From Eledone cirrhosa (Eukaryota): 64,000 nt of DNA. The stretch lies in NCBI GenBank assembly GCA_964016885.1, contig OZ024741.1, positions 185,814,001-185,878,000 on the forward strand, in the 5' to 3' direction. This document shows positions 55,847-64,000 of this stretch, one piece after another. Position 1 is the first letter of the stretch. Every line of letters begins with the position of its first letter. Both the position numbers and the translations under genes were made by a program. The notes beneath the pieces were generated by a model, which saw only the letters and a list, made by a program, of their open reading frames with translations, was not told where the DNA came from and made no database searches.

Positions 55847-55877
<31 letters not shown>

Positions 55878-56414
55878 GTAAGGAGTTGACAGACCCACCA
55901 TATTTATCAATGCCAGGACCGGTTGTATCTCAGTGTACTCAATAAGTAATGTAGGATACATTCCCAGAGTATACACATAGTTATTCGCTTGTATATATAT
56001 TTATACACATAGTTATTCGCTTATATATATATATATATACACATAGTTATTCGCTTCAATGCAACTCACGTAAAACGGGTGCCTATAGTAATTCCCACAC
56101 TCGAGTGTCGGCCACACTTAATGCACCCTCTGTCTGCATATATTATGCAACAATGCATTATCGGCGCATGTGGCTTCATCAGCGGGTTTCGCCTAATCAA
56201 TAACCAATCGATCGACATAATCCAAATCCCAGCCCATGCCGGCCATGAGTGTTTGTGACGGCCGTGGAGTAAAGTGATTCACGACTGGAATCTGATACAA
56301 CCCTGTCCCCCGACCAGCTACCGATTTACAAACTTTATGTGGTGGCAGGAGATTTAGAAAACAAATATTTTCGCTAGCGTCAAATGCTCTCAGCCAACGT
56401 GTCTTAAACACAAA

Positions 56415-56559
<145 letters not shown>

Positions 56560-56809
56560 GCGATCATCTTCTGCAGTTCCCGACCAGCAGATTTCATTCA
56601 GAGGCAAATGGAAAATCTGAGATAAAATAAGTTCCTACATGCACAAGATGCCTCACAATAGAGAGTTGAACGCAATATCAAGTGTTTGCAAAGTTGACTC
56701 CTCGATCAAATAGCCACATAGCCATCCATCCGTCTACATGTGGATACATACACACACACACACGTTCACACTCAGACACACACACACACACATACACACA
56801 CACACACAT

Positions 56810-56869
<60 letters not shown>

Positions 56870-57186
56870 TTATCTATCTATCTATCAATATATCTATATA
56901 TATATATGATCCTTATAAATTATGCACCCCCATATCACTGTATATGTCTGAGTGTATTTTAGTATAATTGGGAAAGCTTCTATAAAATAATTCCTTTGGC
57001 TCCGTCACCGAGATGGTAATGCAAGGAAGTAATAAGCTTACCGGTAATAAAACTTAATTAAAGGTAAATAATCATGTCGCCAAAACTGCAAGTAATGTGA
57101 TGATTAGAGGAACGCACTGCTCGGAAGAATGGTGGGGGCCGCAAACGTTAAAAACAATATTTACCTAACGATGGCCATCAACAGGC

Positions 57187-57810
<624 letters not shown>

Positions 57811-58665
57811 CCTTCGTCCATACAAAACACAAGATAATTAATTTAATCTATTTTTTTAAAATTAATTTGGAGCAAAATATAAAGAAAATAAACACATAAA
57901 GACGAAAACAGAACATCTAAAAAACCTACCTCAAAACTGCTAAAACAATTCATAATGTAATATAGAAAAACATTCGCTACATATAAATGACTTTTTTCTA
58001 TTACTAAATTCTGAAAATTAATTGAAATTGTCAGAGAATGAAGAAAGTGATGAACTAATGCAATAAGACAATTTTCTCTGGAATAAATGTAGCAAAATAG
58101 AAGTTATAGTAATTTTACAAAGCATTTAAAATTCATGTCAGGGTTTGTCAAAAGTTTACCGAAATTATAAAAGACTGTTAATAGTTTAATTATAAAATCA
58201 TTAGTAGCCTGCCTGCAAAGTTACAACGCAAAGAATTTCAGATGAGTAGTTAATTTTTGTATCAATATTTTGACTTCCCGGTTCCAATTTCTATCATCGG
58301 AAAATTCCATTGTTACCCACGTTTTATCAAATGTTTGCTGAACTTATAAAACATTGTGAATAGTTTTACGTGTGAGTATTTTAATCGTGTTTATGTTTAA
58401 ATTATGAAGACGTAGAAGAAAAAAATATTTACTTGATATTTCAGAAAATTTAAGGAGAATGTTTCATGTGAAAAGAAAATTAGTGTACTTACATACTTAA
58501 ACACTCCCGCGTGTTCACAACACATATCCGCACACACACAAACATCTTATGTTTTCTGGGATCCGTGTTGCGCCTTCCGTTGCCAGGAGATAATCAACTC
58601 TGTTTATGCTCTAGAGAGTGAATTGAACTCCACAGGTTGAACATGAAAATTGCTGTATTGCAAAA

Positions 58666-58868
58666 CGGTGGATTGGCAGTATCGGTAGAGGGTCGGACGC
58701 CATACTTTCCAGCATAGTTACGTCCCTTTACGATCTGAGTTCAAATCCCGCCGAGGTTGACTTTGCCTTTCATCCTTACGGGGTCGATAAAATAAAGTAC
58801 CATAAAATAAAATAAAGTAAAATAATGCACTGGGTAATTGCTGGCCTTGTGCCTAAAGTAGAAACAAT
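58666..58868 (+). mobile_element. SINE family A
   Basis: Family A sequence with an internal (TAAAA)n expansion. Confidence 0.88.
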
Positions 58869-59228
58869 GATTAACCTATGTTACTCTGTAGCAATGTGTT
58901 GACAGAGTCGGTAATCAAAATGAATTACAACATTTAAGCATGAACTTTTAGGTTTCAAATCTCAGCTATGGCAACTTTTCACGTCACTTCTTTGGGTTTA
59001 ATAAAATATGGTCCCAGTTAATTACTGGATTTCATACAATCGTCTATTTCCCTCCCACAATAGGAGCCAGTGTTACATAGTGTAGCAAAGTGTTACAAAG
59101 ATGTAAAAACTAAATCTACGGATTTACTTGTTTGAATTAGAGGACCTTTATTTTCTCAAATAACAACACAGTAGAGGATATTTTCTGGTCAGAAAGTGAG
59201 ATTAGCGTGTGGTTGCATATACATCTAA

Positions 59229-59264
<36 letters not shown>

Positions 59265-59284
59265 TTATTAAAATAACAGGTTAA

Positions 59285-59335
59285 AGTTTAAGCAAAGAAT
59301 CGCTGCTTTCACCCATAACGGGATCTTCTGAAACT
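59285..59335 (-). ncRNA. Hammerhead-like fold with variant core CAGAAGA, copy 3
   Basis: AGUUU-CAGAAGA-U-CCC-GUUAU-GGG-U-GAAA-GCA..UGC-UU-AAACU. Confidence 0.6.
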
Positions 59336-59411
59336 ACGGTTCTTATATATTTGATATATAGTTATCCTTATCGAGCCCTCTTTGGATTTTAGTCTTCAAA
59401 TTTATTATTAT

Positions 59412-59484
<73 letters not shown>

Positions 59485-59532
59485 CATATTAGTTTTGCGA
59501 GGTGTCTGATATGAAATCGTGTGTCGAAACAA

Positions 59533-60587
<1,055 letters not shown>

Positions 60588-60603
60588 TAAATATATATAT
60601 GTT

Positions 60604-60648
<45 letters not shown>

Positions 60649-60729
60649 TAAGTGTACGTCTGGGTCGAGTTCGTCTATCTTAGTGAAGCCTTTGGTAAAT
60701 AGAATAATTGTCTTATGTTGTTTATTACA

Positions 60730-60835
<106 letters not shown>

Positions 60836-61013
60836 TATATCGTGTTGTAACATAAATTCCCGCCGTTGTTATACAACTTCTTAATAAAAAACCAGCGGGA
60901 ATCTATGTTACAACCCTATATATATATATTATTATTTGAGTTAAATCCAAACAGAGAGGCAGTACAAATAAAAGTTTATTAGGTTCACGCTCTTGAGAGT
61001 GGGGGGTGGGGTG

Positions 61014-61045
61014 GCGGCGTTTCGGGCATAATCCCTTCATCAGGA
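61014..61045 (-). ncRNA. Minimal hammerhead core, probably inactivated
   Basis: CUGAUGA-A-GGG-AUUAUG-CCC-GAAA-CG-CC (U16.1 changed to C); same downstream tail as the 51375 copy. Confidence 0.5.
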
Positions 61046-61859
61046 GTAATCAACGAAGCTACAGGCACATTTTCCTCAAACCCCAATATTTTCTCCTCCT
61101 ATATATATATATAAATATACATATATATATATATAGGAGGAGAAAAATGAAGAGAAAGGAAAACAAAAAGAAAAGGAAGAAGGACAAGCACGGACCTGAA
61201 AGAAAATGAGATACCCGCCGCAACATTCAGGGAGGACAGGCCGGGCAACCAGCAAGCAAACGGTAAAAGTGAGAAGCGAAATCACCCTCCGAGGGAGAAC
61301 CAAGCGGAGAGGGACCAGTTGACAACTGTCCAAAGGAAGAACAGAAAGTGCCGGGACACTGGGAGCATGTAAACCCAGGTAACGTGCAAGTTGTTCAGAC
61401 ACGGGACCTACTGGCATGGAGAGACAGGGACAGGCTGCAGATTCGCTCACCCCAGGCCCCAAGCGAACTATGCCCATCGTACTTGCACAATATGCCCCAG
61501 CCAAACCCAAAACAAGCTGCCCCAGAAGTATGCTAATATCGTACGTGCCGCTCCAACAAGGAGAATAAATGTTGATATCTAACTTGAATGCCCCCTCTGC
61601 TTTGTGAGTTTAGAGACAACGGGAGAGGGTTTTCATGACCACGCGGGAGGGTATATTTATTAGTAAATGGTAAAATATATATAACAAATGAGTAAATGAA
61701 TTGTAGTAGATTGTTTCCAGTCCAGTCAGAGTGCAACTACAAATAATAAAAAATTGTTAGTTTGCTTTGTGACAATAGCATAACCAAGTTTTCGGATAAA
61801 TCAACTTACTTTAACTGTGACCTCATTTCAAATGAACCCTTGAGCTTCATGGAGTCTAG

Positions 61860-62885
61860 CTAACTCTTTGACGTCAGGCTGGATTTTCGTAAGATGTAGC
61901 CGGAGATCTCCACATGTAATTACATTGTAGCGGTTGCGAGCCTTACTGTGCAGTCTGGAAACAGCACCAAACCTCCTCTTGTCTAAGTATGAGCTTGGAA
62001 AAGGCAGAGCAAATCTCTTAGCCTATGCATATAGGTGTGGAAATCGACGCTGAATTTCCTCTTGCATCCAAGAAAGGGGTTCACCTATTTTTGGAAAACT
62101 GATTTAGATTATGTCATCTGCTTGAAGTTCAATGAATTCTTCCTGAAATATATCGTCCAAATCATCGACGTTAGCTATGAAGGGATCTGCTACCCAGATT
62201 GGAATGTCCATCGGCAAATGGTCAACAAACCGTTCTCTCATGTTGTCTTGTAGCGCAGGGAGGTGAGCGGTATAAATTTGGAGTTGGTCATCGCTTACAA
62301 TGTTTTGAACATTGGCGACACTAGGAAAATTATAGAATTCCCGTCAACAAAGACTTTCGATGACATTCAATTTGGCCAGGAAGTTTTCACAGCATTCCTT
62401 GTTTTAAGCAAGGTGATCTTCTTCCTCTGCAAAACCAAAATAACGCTATTGCATTTGTCGAAGATGTCGGTGAGGTAGGCGCAGTTTTGCCTCACAACGA
62501 GGGTTTTCTTGTACAGTTCTGTGTTGCGTCCTCGCAGAAACTCAATGATAGATTTGAACAGTTCAAAGAAGTGAGTAAAGCACTTGCCCTTTGAAAGCCA
62601 CCTCACTTCATTATGAAGGAGCCACTTGACTAATTCTTCGTCATTATCTTGGCACAGTTGCCGGAAAATTCGTTTATTGAGGGAATGCCATTTGATAAAA
62701 TTGATGACATCAATGGCCAAATGCAAGGACTTGCTCAGCGGCTCACTGAGTTTCTTCGCAGCCAAGTGTTGTCGATGAATGACACAATGAACAGCAAATA
62801 CAGATACATTTTCTCTCTTCAGAAGAGTAACGAACCCTTAGGCTGGCCGACCATTGCTCTTGCGTCGTCCGTAGCACATGATACA
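61860..62885 (-). pseudogene. hAT (Charlie/Buster-type) transposase remnant
   Basis: ATDDARAMVG, VHCVIHRQHLAAK, LLHNEVRWLSKGK, LPFPSSYL..RNR..GDLRL. Confidence 0.88.
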
Positions 62886-62888
62886 ATG

Positions 62889-63373
62889 TGTGTTGTATTT
62901 GGTCCTAGATGTATGTATTACCTGCATATGTGTTGTATGTAGTCCTAGATATATGTATTACCTGCTTATGTATTGCAAGTGGTCTCAGCTGTATGTATAA
63001 CCTGCTTGTGTGTTGTATGTGGGCCTAGATGTGTGTATTACCTCCTTATGTGTTATATGTGGTCCTAGATGTATGTATTACCTGATTATGTGTTGTATGT
63101 GGTCCTAGATGTTTGTATTACCTGATTATGTGTTGTTCGTCGTCCTAGATGTTTGTATTACCTGCTTATGTGTTGAATGTGGTCCTAGATGTGTGTATTA
63201 CCTGCTTATGTATTGTATGTGGTCCTAAACGTATGTATTACCTGCCTGTGTGTTGTATGTGGTCCTAGATGTGTGTACTACCTGATTATGTGTTGTATGT
63301 GGTACTAGATGTGTGTATTATCTGATTATGTGTTGCATGTGGTTCTAGATGTGTGTGATACCCGCTTCTGTGT
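62889..63373. repeat. 40-bp minisatellite, about 12 units
   Basis: Unit GTGTTGTATGTGGTCCTAGATGTATGTATTACCTGCTTAT; GGTCCTAGAT recurs every 40 nt. Confidence 0.92.
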
Positions 63374-63714
63374 TTTTGCTTTTCTTTTTTTTATTTGTAA
63401 TATTATTTATACAATAGGGAATAAAATAGATCTACATAGTGTTAACTTGTTACGGTTGAGTCAAATATATTGTTATCGGTGAAGGAAAGATAAGATTCTA
63501 ACTGGCTGCGCTCAAAGTGTCCTTGACCCAGTTGACTGTGGGTTTTTCCATTTTTAGGATCTTAATAGCCGGTTAATGTCTAGACACACCTGCTCACAGC
63601 TGCGGTCAGACCATAGTTACGCTGTCTGCATGCTCATTCAGATGCATTCACACTGGCTGTCTCAAAGACATACAAATATGGCTTATAAAACTTACCAAAC
63701 TAAGGAGCCTTACA

Positions 63715-63870
63715 GCCCCCCCCCCCCCTCACCCCCAGCTCCAAACGCCCCCTCAACGCGACCTTGCTCCAAAATGCCCCCCCCCACCCTGGAGTTCCTA
63801 AATGCCCCCTGGAGTTCCGAAACGCCCCCCCCCCCCCTGGGGGGCATATGCTCCCCGTTGAGAACTTTTG
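63715..63870 (-). mobile_element. Probable hAT terminal region
   Basis: Minus strand CAAAAGTTCTCAACGGGGAGCATATGCCCCCCAGGGGG resembles the CAGTGGTTCTCAAC terminus and G-rich subterminal block of Charlie-type elements. Confidence 0.5.
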
Positions 63871-64000
63871 TCCTAGATCTCTGTTTTAAAAATAACGAAG
63901 TGCTCATCCACAATGTAAAAGTGACACCAACAACTTTCTCGGATCATAACTTATTAGAACTAATGATATGTGGTCCGAGAGAATCAACAGAGACACAACC

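Noticed and set aside
62889-63373. CRISPR-like regular array
   Set aside because: The whole 40-bp unit repeats with no unique spacers, there are no cas genes, and the context is eukaryotic

Overview
Repeat-saturated, AT-rich eukaryotic DNA with no intact host protein-coding gene that I can recognise. The tRNA-derived SINE and the dense (TA)n/(CA)n/(GA)n tracts suggest a cephalopod such as an octopus, but that is inference. Contents: a frameshifted autonomous Helitron (RepHel) in head-to-tail tandem with a non-autonomous copy; several decayed Tx1-clade LINEs; R4/Dong and RTE LINE fragments; Penelope-like (GIY-YIG) remnants; a Charlie/Buster-type hAT remnant with a 40-bp minisatellite; about 17 copies of one SINE plus a second SINE family; and a 200-N gap. 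The most interesting signal is absent from the ORF track. At least ten type I hammerhead ribozyme folds from several unrelated families (CUGANGA..GAAA..UH, often with a palindromic stem III) sit in short foldback or inverted-duplication elements, mostly next to (TA)n. One family is physically linked to a Penelope GIY-YIG C-terminus, and another carries the same non-canonical core (CAGAAGA) in three copies. All folds were read by eye and need computational and biochemical confirmation.
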